In this document: piece after piece, positions 49,145-60,670 of the stretch | How positions within the stretch are numbered: position 1 is the first letter of the stretch | How the letters are laid out: each line of letters opens with the position of its first letter | NCBI GenBank assembly: GCA_963666315.2 | Contig: CAXXHG010000024.1 | Location: 1-64,000, forward strand | Length of the DNA: 64,000 nucleotides | Reading direction: 5' to 3' | Source of the DNA: Candidatus Binatia bacterium | Lineage (GTDB): Bacteria; Desulfobacterota; Binatia; Bin18 | Made by a program: the position numbers and the translations under genes | The notes under the pieces: generated by a model | What the model saw: only the letters and a program-made list of their open reading frames with translations | The model's database searches: none | What the model was told of the DNA's origin: nothing

Positions 49145-49558
49145 GTGAAATACTGTATTGCCCTTTGTCTCATCCTGCTCATCTTGCCCCTCCTCTCGTG
49201 CGGTCCGCCGCCGTCTCCAGAGATCTTGCTTGGGGAAGGCACGGTCAAAAAAGTGGTTGTTCCGGACAGGCGGGTTGTCATCGCGCATGAAGATATTCCA
49301 GGCTTTATGCATGCCATGACCATGAGTTTCGAGGTCAATAAGCCGAGCTTGCTGCATAATCTCGAGCCTGGGGACCGAGTACGATTTACGCTGGAGATGA
49401 CCAAGCTCACACTCTACTTGGTCGCTGTGGAGAAAATCGCAGCACTGAAGAGCGTGACTTCACGAGCTGAATCCGAGACCAAGCAGGGGGAGGCGGGTGC
49501 AGACCTGACAAAAACGGACGATCATTCAAACTCTTCGTCCTTCTTCGGCCAGAAATAG
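49145..49558 (+). CDS. CusF-like copper-binding lipoprotein
   Basis: Lipobox LLSC; VVIAHEDIPGFMHAMTMSF..LEPGDRVRFTL. Confidence 0.85.
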   Translation: MKYCIALCLILLILPLLSCGPPPSPEILLGEGTVKKVVVPDRRVVIAHEDIPGFMHAMTMSFEVNKPSLLHNLEPGDRVRFTLEMTKLTLYLVAVEKIAALKSVTSRAESETKQGEAGADLTKTDDHSNSSSFFGQK

Positions 49559-49833
49559 CGCCAGATTTTGGCTGGAGCGTTCAGCAGAGAAAAAGGGTCA
49601 GCCTCGTCTTCTTCTTGTAATTCCTGTTCGTATAATCGATCCTCATACATCTGCTCCCACGACGTGCCTGCATAATCGTCGTCTTCAACATCGTCCGCTG
49701 GTCGTGGTGATGACGTGCCCCACTGCCACGTACCAAGATTACCCCCCGCATCGCGATAACGCGACGGTTGGGCTGCGACTGACGCGCTTAATAAGAGGCC
49801 TATACAAACGCAAGTGACCTGTAGTATGCGCAT
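49522..49833 (-). CDS. Hypothetical exported acidic protein
   Basis: Signal peptide ending SVAA; convergent 3' overlap with the CusF-like gene. Confidence 0.5.
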   Translation of the reverse strand: MRILQVTCVCIGLLLSASVAAQPSRYRDAGGNLGTWQWGTSSPRPADDVEDDDYAGTSWEQMYEDRLYEQELQEEDEADPFSLLNAPAKIWRYFWPKKDEEFE

Positions 49834-50155
49834 TTTCCTACGCGCATTGTACCATAATCACACGTGAGGACCAATGTAAAATAGGCGGTCTAAGACGACG
49901 CGGATGGTTGTGAGGTGATCGCTACATGACATGGCGAAACAGCAGGTTTCATGCTACGAAGGCCGCGGCCTGAAGAGGAGACAGAGGAGGCAGGCCGTGG
50001 AGCCACTCTCGAGCCTGACCACTGGATTCCTCCTTGGCGTATAGCTTGCCTTTGCTGCTGACCGTCTCGTGAGGGGGGTGAGTCTGACGATGGGGCTCTG
50101 GATTATTTTTGAACTCAGTTTTATGAACGGCCTCTTTCTGACGTAACGAGTCCTC

Positions 50156-50953
50156 ATGCTGCTTGCTCCTGCTCCTGTATGGGCCGCCCTCCTTTCGGGT
50201 GTCATTCATATACTTGTCCTGGGATGGATTACCACGCTGTCGGTGGCAACTCCAGCACCGCGACAGAAGCTCCTGAAAGTTGCCTTGATACAACCGGCGA
50301 CACCCCTCCCAGTCGGAGAACCTCAAGGAGAGAGAGGGGAAGCTCCAGCCCCCCCGGTGAAAAAGCCGGCTCGACCAGTCCGGCCACGACAACAACCCCA
50401 GGTCAAAAAAACTCAGCCCAAGCCAAAAAGAACGGCAAAACTATCTCTCCCTGCTCCGCCTGTGACCGAAAAGCCAAGACCCCCTGTCGCAGCGCTCCCG
50501 CTTGAGAAGATGGAGGCTGATCCCCAGGCAGAAGACGCCGGCAGCGGAAGTGTTGGAGACCGCGGCCTCACCGCTCCGAACGCGATTACCAGCAGGGGAC
50601 TCGAGGGTCCCATTTCAGGCAACGGAGTTCATGCTGGAGACGGGCAGGGATCAGGTCGCGGGGGAGGCGGTAGGGCAGCCCGGCCGAATTATGATGTGAA
50701 TCCAAAACCGCCCTATCCGAGAATTGCGCGTCGATTAGGAGCCCAAGGGGTGGTGACGCTGCGCGTCTTTGTCCTCAAGGACGGCAGTGTGGGGCAAGCG
50801 GCCGTCCTGCGTTCGTCGGGGTTTCGTATGCTTGATGATTCAGCCCTGCGGACCGTTCGGTCGGCCTGGCGCTTTCTCCCTGCGCGGCGGGATGGGATGG
50901 CAATTGAGAGTTGGGTTGAGATCCCCATCAAGTTTGTGCTTGAAGTATCCTGA
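50156..50953 (+). CDS. tonB: TonB family energy transducer
   Basis: TM S-x3-H motif, Pro/Lys linker, NPKPPYP..ARRLG.QGVV.LRV..SSGF..LD. Confidence 0.88.
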   Translation: MLLAPAPVWAALLSGVIHILVLGWITTLSVATPAPRQKLLKVALIQPATPLPVGEPQGERGEAPAPPVKKPARPVRPRQQPQVKKTQPKPKRTAKLSLPAPPVTEKPRPPVAALPLEKMEADPQAEDAGSGSVGDRGLTAPNAITSRGLEGPISGNGVHAGDGQGSGRGGGGRAARPNYDVNPKPPYPRIARRLGAQGVVTLRVFVLKDGSVGQAAVLRSSGFRMLDDSALRTVRSAWRFLPARRDGMAIESWVEIPIKFVLEVS

Positions 50954-50961
50954 GTCGCCCC

Positions 50962-52140
50962 ATGAGGATAGCCTATTTCGACACTTTTTCCGGCATTAGC
51001 GGCGATATGGTCATAGGCGCGCTCCTTGATCTGGGGGTGCCGCTTGAGCTGCTGAAGACCGAATTCGCCAAGCTGCCCAATCTTGCCTTAGACGGCTATA
51101 CGCTGAGCCAATCCGAGCGTGTCCAGAGTGGCATACGTGCGGTCAAGTTCAACGTTGAGGTGACTGCTAAACAATTTGAGCGCAGCTTTCATTCTATTGC
51201 GGACATGCTCGGCCGGAGTACGCTGAGTCTGACGGTGAAAGAGACCGCGCTGAAGATTTTTACTCGCTTAGCCGAGGCAGAGGCGCACGTGCACAACGTT
51301 GCGCTGGAAGACGTGCACTTTCATGAGGTCGGCGCGGTTGACTCTATTCTGGATATTGTTGGTGCAGCGATTGGTTTTGAAGCGCTTGGTATTCAAACGA
51401 TCTATACGAGTCCTTTGCCGCTGGGCAGTGGTTTTGTGTCGACCCGTCACGGGACGTTGCCGGTGCCAGGCCCGGCGACTGTGGAACTCTTGAAGGGCCT
51501 GCCGGTTCGTTTTGAGGACGGCCAGTCTGAGCTTGTGACGCCCACTGGCGCGGCTATTCTGTCCGCCTTGGCAAAGCCCGGACCCCCACCGCTTTCGATA
51601 ACAAAGATTGGCTATGGGGCAGGCGAGCGCACGCTTCCTGATCGGCCGAATTTGCTGCGAGTCTGTCTCGGTCAGGCTGTACCTGAAATGCAACACGAAC
51701 AACTGCTGGTTTTGGAAACCAATATCGATGATCTCAACCCGGAATGGTATGAGCACGTCATGGAGCAGCTTTTTGCCGCAGGCGCACGCGACGTGTTTCT
51801 GACGCCGATTCAAATGAAGAAAAACCGACCCGGCATATTGCTGTGGGTTTTGTGTAGTCCAAAAGACCAGGGACAACTCTCAATAATTATTTTTAATGAG
51901 ACCTCGACGCTGGGCATACGGTCGTATCTTGTTGAGCGGTTAGCCCTGCGCCGCGAGCAGAAAGAAGTCCGGACCGAGTATGGTGCCGTCACGGTCAAAA
52001 TCGCCTATCAGCCTAACGGGCAGATGAATATCGCCCCGGAATACGACGACTGTAAACGGATCGCCCAAGAAAAAAATATTCCGCTCAAGTTGGTGTATGA
52101 GGCGGCAATACGGGGGGTGCACGGTCTGAGGGATGCCTGA
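50962..52140 (+). CDS. larC: Nickel pincer cofactor biosynthesis protein LarC
   Basis: YFD.FSGISGDM, VHFHEVGAVDSILDI, ELVTPTG, ETNIDD, MKKNRPG, PEYDDC. Confidence 0.95.
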   Translation: MRIAYFDTFSGISGDMVIGALLDLGVPLELLKTEFAKLPNLALDGYTLSQSERVQSGIRAVKFNVEVTAKQFERSFHSIADMLGRSTLSLTVKETALKIFTRLAEAEAHVHNVALEDVHFHEVGAVDSILDIVGAAIGFEALGIQTIYTSPLPLGSGFVSTRHGTLPVPGPATVELLKGLPVRFEDGQSELVTPTGAAILSALAKPGPPPLSITKIGYGAGERTLPDRPNLLRVCLGQAVPEMQHEQLLVLETNIDDLNPEWYEHVMEQLFAAGARDVFLTPIQMKKNRPGILLWVLCSPKDQGQLSIIIFNETSTLGIRSYLVERLALRREQKEVRTEYGAVTVKIAYQPNGQMNIAPEYDDCKRIAQEKNIPLKLVYEAAIRGVHGLRDA

Positions 52141-52193
52141 GGAAAAAGAGAGGGGCGAAGCAGAGTATGCTCCGCCCCGAAAGAAGAGTAGTC

Positions 52194-52637
52194 TCACGAA
52201 ATAAGATCAGCCAGTACTTCGGCTGGATGGGACCTGGTATTCACCGATGCATAGGCTTTTTGGATCTTGCCATATTCATCTATGAGATAACTGATCCGCT
52301 TCGCATAACCAGCGCCGGCATCATCGCACGCGTCATACGCCAGGCCCAGGCTCCGGGTGGTGTCGCACAGAGGCAGGAAAGGAAGGTCGAATTTTTTGGC
52401 AAAATCGGCGTTTTCTTCAACCGTGTCAAAACTGACACCAAGAACTTCAACATTTTGTGATTTAAAATCTTCGATTTGGTCACGGAACCCGCGACCTTCT
52501 GTCGTTCAACCAGGCGTATCGGCCTTGGGGTAAAACCACATGAGCGTTTTCTTGCCGCGCAGATTCGTGAGGGACAGGTCGTTGCCCTGGTGGGTTTTGA
52601 CCGTGAAGTCGGGTGCTATGTCTCCGGGTTGTAACAT
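52194..52637 (-). CDS. bcp: BCP/PrxQ peroxiredoxin, selenocysteine form, 147 aa
   Basis: Manual translation MLQPGDIAPDF...WFYPKADTPG(UGA)TTEGRGFRD...VLGVSFD...KRISYLID; UGA at 52506-52508; RBS aaggag. Confidence 0.92.
52478..52496 (-). promoter_or_regulatory. Putative bacterial SECIS hairpin
   Basis: GGTCGCGG-GTT-CCGTGACC starting 9 nt after the UGA. Confidence 0.75.
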
Positions 52638-52719
52638 TGATTTTTGCTCCTTCCTTGTCAATTCTGAAACGGTCGTTCAGGCTACTGCCCTGTCTACCTT
52701 GAAACTATGAGTGTTGTCG

Positions 52720-52806
52720 CCGTTCCCCTTCGACAAGCTCAGGCCGAACGGGAAGAGGCCGTGGAGAACGGACCCGTTCGTGCTGAGCCCCGTCGAAGCA
52801 TGAACG
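52720..52806. repeat. Inverted pair of CTTCGACAAGCTCAG-family repeats
   Basis: cttcgacaagctcaggccgaacggg ... cccgttcgtgctgagccccgtcgaag. Confidence 0.7.
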
Positions 52807-52840
52807 CGCGGACATGCACAATTTTAGCCTGGATACTCTA

Positions 52841-54757
52841 CTACGACGCGCCTAGCAGCGCTCGTTGGTTGTATTCTATGCTGGATTGCTCCTTTAAATG
52901 GCGGATGAACTCGCGGTTAGCCGCTGTCTGCTTGCGTTGCAGCAGGGATTTGCGCAGATCGTCACGCTTTTTCTCAAGTTCTTCGGAATCGGCAGGGATA
53001 TGCTCTTTGAGCACCGCAATAAACGCATTCCCCCCCCAGGCGTAACTCTTCGGCACGACCGGATCTTCCGGGGTCAATCGAAACGCCGCTGTTTTGAGAT
53101 CCGGAATATTTCCGATTTTCGGAATATAGTTTCCGCGCCGTGCGAAGGGACCGGTTTCTTCAACCGTGAGACCTTCGGCCTTGGCTAAGCTATTAATATC
53201 TTTGGTTTTTTTGAGATGGGCGTACAGCTTCTGGGCTTTTTCCTCTGCCAATTGTTCGGCCTGCTCACCCCGATAGCGTTCTTCTACTTCTTCTCGAACC
53301 TGCGCAAGTTCGGGAATATGGGACTCGACACGTTCATGCAGAGACACAATATACCAACTTTCGTCAATGCGGACAGGTTCACTTATTCCTTGCAGCGCAA
53401 GATCCGAGGCTGTCTGGATGAGTTTCGGACGACTGCCGAGGCCGGGGATCGTTTCGTTTTTGGCGACAAGAGGAGTTTCGTCAACGCTCACTTCTACGGA
53501 TGCTGCGAACTGACGCAGTGTCATGTTGTCTGCAATCTTGGCTCTGTCCTTGCGCGCTCGATTTTCTGCAACCTCACGGCTGCCCTGAGTTCTGAGTGTT
53601 TCAGTGACTTCCTGTGCAACTTCATCCAGAGGTTGCACCCGCTCGGGGTGTATTGCTTCGACCTTGATGATGTGGAACCCGTAGGTGGTCTCCACAAGAT
53701 CGCTAATCTCTTCTGCCGCTAGACTAAAGGCTGCCTCTTCAAACGGCTTGACCATACGCCCTCGGGCGAAGAGACCCAAATCTCCTCCATTCTCCGCAGT
53801 CGCGGTATCTTCGGAGTATTCCTCGGCCAAGGCCGCAAAATCCTCTCCAGACTGTGCGCGTTTCAGAATCCTTGCTGCGCTGGCTCGAATCTGACTTTTT
53901 TCTTCTTCTGAGACGTAGTCTGCAACAAGGAATAAAATGTGACGTACCTGCACTTGTTGTTCTTCCGTAAATTGAGCCGCTTTGTTCGTATCGTAAAACT
54001 TTTGCAGATCTTGTTCTGATACGACCACCTCCGCATCGTACTCTTCGGCCGCATAGGTCACATAGGTAAAACGGATGCGCTCAGGCTCGCGGAATGACTC
54101 CTTGTTTGTGTCGTAAAAATCCTGCACTTGTTGTTCGTCTACCGTGACTTTATCGACTAAGTCGACGGAGGCGATTTTAATAAATGCCAGATCAATCTGT
54201 TCCTGCTCAAAGTGAAACAGCTCCTCTACCTCGTGGTCGGTGGCCCGGGCTGAGGCATCGATGAACTTCTGGAGCTTGGTCACCACAAGTCGATCGCGCT
54301 GCCGCTCCTCGAATTCGCGTGGGGTCATCCGCAAATAGCGTAAAACGCGCCGGTAACGGTCGGAGCTGAAAGAGCCATAACCCTGAAAGGCTGGATACGC
54401 GGAAATGTCATCGCGCACTTCTTCATCCGTGGCACGGAAGCCGATCCGGCGCGCCTCCTTGGCCAGCAGTTTGGCATCGATAAGCTGGTCGAGCGTTTGC
54501 TGCCGCAAATTCAGCTGCTGCACCAGCTCGGGGGTAAAGCGCTCTTTATATAACTCCTGGTAGTGCGACCGTACATTCCGATAGGCTTGCTGGAACTCCT
54601 TAAGCGAAATGGGATCTTCGTTCACGGTGGCTACCGTCTGTACTTGGGCGTTATCATCAAAGCTATCCACACCCCAAAAAACAAATACCAGGACAATGAT
54701 CGAAAAGAGGATTTTCGTCCAGACTGACTGGACCCTGCGACGCATAAAATCAAGCAT
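52841..54757 (-). CDS. ppiD: PpiD/SurA-family peptidyl-prolyl isomerase chaperone
   Basis: MLDFMR..FVFWGV, VRHILF, GEDFAALAEEYSED..GGDLG.F.RG.MVKPFEEAAF, YGFHIIKV. Confidence 0.92.
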   Translation of the reverse strand: MLDFMRRRVQSVWTKILFSIIVLVFVFWGVDSFDDNAQVQTVATVNEDPISLKEFQQAYRNVRSHYQELYKERFTPELVQQLNLRQQTLDQLIDAKLLAKEARRIGFRATDEEVRDDISAYPAFQGYGSFSSDRYRRVLRYLRMTPREFEERQRDRLVVTKLQKFIDASARATDHEVEELFHFEQEQIDLAFIKIASVDLVDKVTVDEQQVQDFYDTNKESFREPERIRFTYVTYAAEEYDAEVVVSEQDLQKFYDTNKAAQFTEEQQVQVRHILFLVADYVSEEEKSQIRASAARILKRAQSGEDFAALAEEYSEDTATAENGGDLGLFARGRMVKPFEEAAFSLAAEEISDLVETTYGFHIIKVEAIHPERVQPLDEVAQEVTETLRTQGSREVAENRARKDRAKIADNMTLRQFAASVEVSVDETPLVAKNETIPGLGSRPKLIQTASDLALQGISEPVRIDESWYIVSLHERVESHIPELAQVREEVEERYRGEQAEQLAEEKAQKLYAHLKKTKDINSLAKAEGLTVEETGPFARRGNYIPKIGNIPDLKTAAFRLTPEDPVVPKSYAWGGNAFIAVLKEHIPADSEELEKKRDDLRKSLLQRKQTAANREFIRHLKEQSSIEYNQRALLGAS

Positions 54758-54895
54758 AGATTTGAACCTCCCGCGTACTGATGGCATAGTAGATGTGTGA
54801 AGAAAAAGCAACAGCATTCCAAGGACTTGCCCTCATATTGGAATTTTGATAGAAACCATTTTTGCGGGTACGAGCAGAGGGGCTGGGAGAAATAA

Positions 54896-55933
<1,038 letters not shown>

Positions 55934-55971
55934 GAAAGCAGCGATTTTTCGCAACACCCTGAGTGTGGATC

Positions 55972-56823
55972 ATGTTCGAGGTTCTGCATAGATACCGAAT
56001 ACTCTTATCCTGTGGGTTCATTCTCTTCATCTCGTTATTATTAGCGACGGTAAACGCACGCTTTCCCTATCGGATGGATCCGGTCGGCGTGCTTTTTCTT
56101 GAAGTGATGCAACCCCTCCAGGGCGGCTTGACCGCGTTGACCCAGGGCTCGGTGCAGATCTGGGATCAATATCGAGATCTGCTCTCTGTGCATCAAACCA
56201 ACGAAGTCCTGCGTACGCGCCTGGCTGCTCTTGAGCGTATGCACGAGCAGTTGATTGAACTCGAACTGGATAATCAGCGCTTGGAGCTCTTATTAGGTCT
56301 GGGGGCGCAGGCGCCCGGCTCGCCTATTGCCGCTCGTGTTATTGGACGGAACCCTGGTGTATGGACGCATAGCGCCGTTCTGGATAAAGGCGAACGACAC
56401 GGTATTCGTAAGGGCATGGCTGTCTTGTCCCCGGCCGGTGTGGTTGGCCAGGTTGTTTCTGCTGGACCGCACGCTGCCCACATCTTGTTTATATCCGCCC
56501 CGAACAGCGGAATCGATGCGTTAGTGCAGCGTTCGCGTGTTCCTGGTATTGTGTCTGGAACGCTGGCTGGACACTGTCATCTCAAATATGTCCAACGCGG
56601 CAGTGATGTGCAGGTCGGCGATGTGGTTATTGCGTCTGGTCTGGATGGAATTTTCCCAAAAGGACAACAGATTGGGCGTGTGATACGAATCGCTACACGC
56701 GACGACGGGATGTTCCAAGACATAGAGGTCAGGCTGAGTGCCGAGCTTGCAAAAATTGAAGAAGTCTTGGTGGTTGCCCCAGCGGTCGTCCGAGCAGGAG
56801 CCGCGCAACTCGGAGGTGGGTAG
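55972..56823 (+). CDS. mreC: Rod shape-determining protein MreC
   Basis: TM, coiled coil, ARVIGR, LDKG, GVVGQV, SGLDGIFPKG; position after mreB. Confidence 0.95.
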   Translation: MFEVLHRYRILLSCGFILFISLLLATVNARFPYRMDPVGVLFLEVMQPLQGGLTALTQGSVQIWDQYRDLLSVHQTNEVLRTRLAALERMHEQLIELELDNQRLELLLGLGAQAPGSPIAARVIGRNPGVWTHSAVLDKGERHGIRKGMAVLSPAGVVGQVVSAGPHAAHILFISAPNSGIDALVQRSRVPGIVSGTLAGHCHLKYVQRGSDVQVGDVVIASGLDGIFPKGQQIGRVIRIATRDDGMFQDIEVRLSAELAKIEEVLVVAPAVVRAGAAQLGGG

Positions 56824-57307
56824 GCTCCGTACGTTTGGACTCATTGGAGGCTGCGGGGCTGTCGCCATTCTGTTGCAAACCAGCGTGCTGCCGGCTCTCC
56901 CGTTTGCGCCCGATCTCTTGCTCATTGTGTGTGTGTATCTTGGCATCTACCACCGATCTGTGGGCGGCGCGGCGTGGGCTTTTTTCCTGGGCTATGCCCT
57001 CGATAGCTGTTCGGGTTTACCGGTGGGCGCGCATACGCTTGCGATGAGTCTCGTTTTCTCTGCTGCGGCACTCATGTCGCAAAGCTTGTGGATGAACAAT
57101 CCTGTATCGGTTTGTGGACTCATCGCCATGGCCGTCCTCCTCAAAATGGTGACTTTTCTTTTTCTGCATGGAGTAGAGTGGGCGTCAGTTCTGTTCTTGC
57201 CCCTCGTTGCGCGCTACGTATTATGGGATGTGCTGTTTTCCATTCTCCTCACCCCGCTGATCTTTGCTCTGCTGGCAATGGGCGAGCGGGCGCCTTCCCG
57301 AGCGTAA
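56816..57307 (+). CDS. mreD: Rod shape-determining protein MreD
   Basis: PDLLLI.CVYLG, AFFLGYALD..SG.P.G; synteny. Confidence 0.9.
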   Translation: MGRLRTFGLIGGCGAVAILLQTSVLPALPFAPDLLLIVCVYLGIYHRSVGGAAWAFFLGYALDSCSGLPVGAHTLAMSLVFSAAALMSQSLWMNNPVSVCGLIAMAVLLKMVTFLFLHGVEWASVLFLPLVARYVLWDVLFSILLTPLIFALLAMGERAPSRA

Positions 57308-59182
57308 ATGAACGAGACGCCTGAAGTTTTTACGTCGCAAGAGACGCTCGCCGCGTGTTATCGTCGAGTCGGGGTGATGAGTCTCATTATCCTGCTCGTC
57401 TTGTGCGTCCTTGGGTTTCGCTTGTGGCAGCTCCAGATTGTCGACGGAAGTCGCTTGCGGACCTTGTCGGAAAAAAATCGGCTACGCCTCAGACGCTTGC
57501 CACCTATGCGCGGACTGATGCATGATCGAACCGGGCGGGTGGTGGTTGCTAATCGTCCTTCGTTTGATGTGGTTATTGTCCCCGCAGATGTGCAAGAAAT
57601 GTCGCTGCTGTTGCACAAGCTTGCACGGTATGTACCGGATGTGAAGGATCTGGGGAACGGCAATCTGCCGCGCAATCTTCGGCGTCCTGCGTACGAAGAT
57701 ATTGTCGTGGCTCGGGATGTCTCACGGCAGACCTTAGTTGCCATCGAAGCCCATCAAATGGACCTGCCTGGGGTCCGTATTGACGTGAGCTCAAAACGGT
57801 ATTATCCCGCAGAGAGCGTTGCGGCGCATCTGCTCGGACATGTTGGAGAAGTGAATAATACCGAAATGGAGCTATTTTCGGGTTACCGTCTTGGTGATCT
57901 GACGGGAAAGGTGGGACTTGAGAAAGCCTGGGAAGAAGCGCTGCGGGGGCATAGTGGGGGCCAACAAGTTGAGATTGACGCGTCCGGAAGAACGCTCAGA
58001 GTCTTGGATGAAGTGCGGGCGCAACCCGGACGAAATTTGATACTCACGCTAGACCTTGAACTCCAAGAAGAAGCCGAGCGTGCGCTCGCAGAGGTCGAAG
58101 GTGCACTAGTCGTCCTCAGCGTGCATACCGGGGAAGTCTTGGTCATGGTGAACCGCCCCGCCTTTAACCCGAATTTGTTTGCGCGCGGCATTCGCCGGAG
58201 TGAATGGCGTCAACTGCTTGAGAACCCGTTGCACCCGCTCACAAATAGGGTGATCCAAGGCCAATACCCGCCCGGTTCGACGTTTAAACCCATCATGGCA
58301 GCAGCAGCATTAGAAGAGGGTGTCATTACTCCGGAGACGCAATTTCGATGTCAGGGCGGGCTGCCGTTTGGTGGGCGGGTGTTTCGCTGTTGGAAACGGT
58401 CCGGCCACGGCAGGGTTGATCTGAAACAAGCCTTGGCCCAGTCGTGCGATGTGTATTTCTACCAAATCGGCCAGCTGCTTGGAATCGAGAAAATTGCCGA
58501 ATATGCGCGTCGATTTGGGTTAGGGCGGGATATGCATATTGCCCTGGGTCATGCTGCTGCGGGCATTATCCCGGATGCGGCATGGAAAAAAGACCGCTTC
58601 GGTATACCCTGGTACGCGGGCGAGACCTTGTCGGTTGTCATTGGGCAGGGCTACGTCACGGCAACGCCTTTGCAGATGGCCGTCGCGATCGCTGCCATAG
58701 CCAATGGAGGCACCGTATACCGCCCCGCATTCGTTACACAGGTGCTAGGAGCCGACAATACGCCCATCCAGACCTATCCGCCTGAGATCGTTACTCAGGT
58801 TGATATCCGAGCCGAGCATTTGCAGACCGTACGGGAAGGGATGTGGGAGGTAGTCCACGGCAAAGCGGGGACGGGAAGGAAAGCCCGACTGATGGATATT
58901 GAGGTGGCGGGAAAGACAGGCACGGCTCAGGTCATTAGTGGAGCGCGGGGGAGCGCGGCTGACGCACCGCGCCGGTACCGTGACCATGCCTGGTTTGTGG
59001 CTTTTGCACCGGCGTCTGATCCGGAAGTTGTTGTTGTCTGTCTGATTGAGCACTCCGGCAAGGGCGGCGGAAAGGTTGCGGCTCCCGTTGTGCGTGCGGT
59101 CTTAGAGGCATATTTCCGAATCACCCAGCATTCAAGCGAGGAGAGCCATGGGATTCGACAGGCGACTCATCGAGCATTTTGA
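57308..59182 (+). CDS. mrdA: Penicillin-binding protein 2
   Basis: YPPGSTFK (SxxK), SCDVYFY, KTGTAQ, DHAWF. Confidence 0.96.
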   Translation: MNETPEVFTSQETLAACYRRVGVMSLIILLVLCVLGFRLWQLQIVDGSRLRTLSEKNRLRLRRLPPMRGLMHDRTGRVVVANRPSFDVVIVPADVQEMSLLLHKLARYVPDVKDLGNGNLPRNLRRPAYEDIVVARDVSRQTLVAIEAHQMDLPGVRIDVSSKRYYPAESVAAHLLGHVGEVNNTEMELFSGYRLGDLTGKVGLEKAWEEALRGHSGGQQVEIDASGRTLRVLDEVRAQPGRNLILTLDLELQEEAERALAEVEGALVVLSVHTGEVLVMVNRPAFNPNLFARGIRRSEWRQLLENPLHPLTNRVIQGQYPPGSTFKPIMAAAALEEGVITPETQFRCQGGLPFGGRVFRCWKRSGHGRVDLKQALAQSCDVYFYQIGQLLGIEKIAEYARRFGLGRDMHIALGHAAAGIIPDAAWKKDRFGIPWYAGETLSVVIGQGYVTATPLQMAVAIAAIANGGTVYRPAFVTQVLGADNTPIQTYPPEIVTQVDIRAEHLQTVREGMWEVVHGKAGTGRKARLMDIEVAGKTGTAQVISGARGSAADAPRRYRDHAWFVAFAPASDPEVVVVCLIEHSGKGGGKVAAPVVRAVLEAYFRITQHSSEESHGIRQATHRAF

Positions 59183-60248
59183 CTGGGTGTTGTTCTTCTT
59201 GACTGCGGGACTCCTCAGCGTTGGCATCCTCGGTATCTATAGTGCAACGTATGAAGGTGCGGGGTACGCGAGTCCCTGGGTGACCCGCCAGATTGTCTGG
59301 GTAGCGGTTGGGCTGGCAGGTATGGCGCTTGCCTTCGCCATAGATTATCGCCACTTTGAGCAGTGGGCCTATGTGTTTTACGCTGCGGCGCTGTTCCTCC
59401 TTATTCTTGTTCCCCTCATCGGCTCTTTTGGCGGCGGCGCGCGGCGCTGGATCCACCTCGGACCGTTTTCCCTGCAGCCAGCTGAGTTCATGAAAATCGG
59501 TTTGCTACTCGTCATTGCGCGGTTTGTTAATCGCTATGTGCCGATTGAAGGCTATGGTATCCGCGAGATCCTCATCCCCGCACTCTTTGTCGCACTCCCC
59601 GCCGGCTTGATTCTCCTCCAACCCAATTTGGGAACTGCGGTAACATTAGGACTGCTCTTTTTAACCCTCACGTTTGTCTCCGGCCTGCGTCTGCGTTCTC
59701 TCGCGGTGCTGGGACTGATAGGGAGTGGGATCCTGCCCTTTGTGTGGGCGCACCTCGAACCGTACCAACGGCAGCGGATCACGTCGTTTCTGCATCCCGA
59801 CCTTGATCCTCTTGGTGCGGGATATCACATGATCCAAGCAAAAGTGACCGTGGGGTCGGGTATGCTGTGGGGCAAAGGCTTTCTCCTGGGTACCCAAAAT
59901 CGCCTTGACTTTTTGCCTGAAAAGCACACCGACTTTGTTTTTGCGGTATTGGCTGAAGAGTGGGGATTTGTCGGAATGATCGGGCTATTGCTCCTCTACG
60001 GCGCGCTTTTAGCGCGTCTGATCGTTATTGCACTGCGGGCACGTGAACGATTCGGCCTCCTGATCGCTGTCGGCGTTGCGGGGATGGTATTCTGGCAGCT
60101 CATTATCAATATCGGGATGAATGTTGGGGTTTTACCGGTCGTTGGCGTCCCTTTGCCGTTATTAAGTTACGGCGGTTCATCCCTGTTAACGATGATGCTG
60201 GCCCTTGGCCTGGCGCTTAACGTCAGCACCAGGCGTTTTCTGTTTTGA
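59148..60248 (+). CDS. rodA: Rod shape-determining protein RodA
   Basis: GARRWI, LQPAEFMK, LPEKHTDF.F..EEWG, P.VGVPLPLLSYGGSS. Confidence 0.96.
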   Translation: MGFDRRLIEHFDWVLFFLTAGLLSVGILGIYSATYEGAGYASPWVTRQIVWVAVGLAGMALAFAIDYRHFEQWAYVFYAAALFLLILVPLIGSFGGGARRWIHLGPFSLQPAEFMKIGLLLVIARFVNRYVPIEGYGIREILIPALFVALPAGLILLQPNLGTAVTLGLLFLTLTFVSGLRLRSLAVLGLIGSGILPFVWAHLEPYQRQRITSFLHPDLDPLGAGYHMIQAKVTVGSGMLWGKGFLLGTQNRLDFLPEKHTDFVFAVLAEEWGFVGMIGLLLLYGALLARLIVIALRARERFGLLIAVGVAGMVFWQLIINIGMNVGVLPVVGVPLPLLSYGGSSLLTMMLALGLALNVSTRRFLF

Positions 60249-60572
60249 TCAGACCACGTTGTCTATGGCTTTGACAAGCTGGGCTTTGGGAACAGCTCCG
60301 ACGATCTGTTCCTTGACCTCGCCACCCTTAAATAATATGAGATTCGGAATGCCCCGGACCCCGTATTGAGACGGCGTGCGCGGATTATCGTCGACATTCA
60401 TCTTCACGATTTTCAACTTGCCCTCATACTCTGCGGCGAGTTCTTCCACGATCGGCGCAATGGCCTTGCAGGGACCGCACCATGGAGCCCAGAAATCAAT
60501 CAGAACGGGAACCTCAGCCTTGAGCACATCTCCGTCAAAACTGTCATCCGAAATCTGTAGAATATCAGCCAT
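60249..60572 (-). CDS. trxA: Thioredoxin
   Basis: DFWAPWCGPCK, GVRGIP; ATG at 60572 after gaggagg. Confidence 0.97.
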   Translation of the reverse strand: MADILQISDDSFDGDVLKAEVPVLIDFWAPWCGPCKAIAPIVEELAAEYEGKLKIVKMNVDDNPRTPSQYGVRGIPNLILFKGGEVKEQIVGAVPKAQLVKAIDNVV

Positions 60573-60670
60573 AACCTGCCTCCTCACAGCATGATCTTTT
60601 TTCTTCTCATAGCAGAGAAGGCGGGCTGAACCTATCCCCTTGACACTAGCGAGCAAGCACTTTACGGGGG

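Noticed and set aside
49860-50150. Riboswitch upstream of tonB
   Set aside because: No cobalamin or other riboswitch consensus recognised; needs an Rfam scan
52167-52483. ORFs 52167..52460 (+) and 52280..52483 (-)
   Set aside because: Shadows of the Sec peroxiredoxin frame
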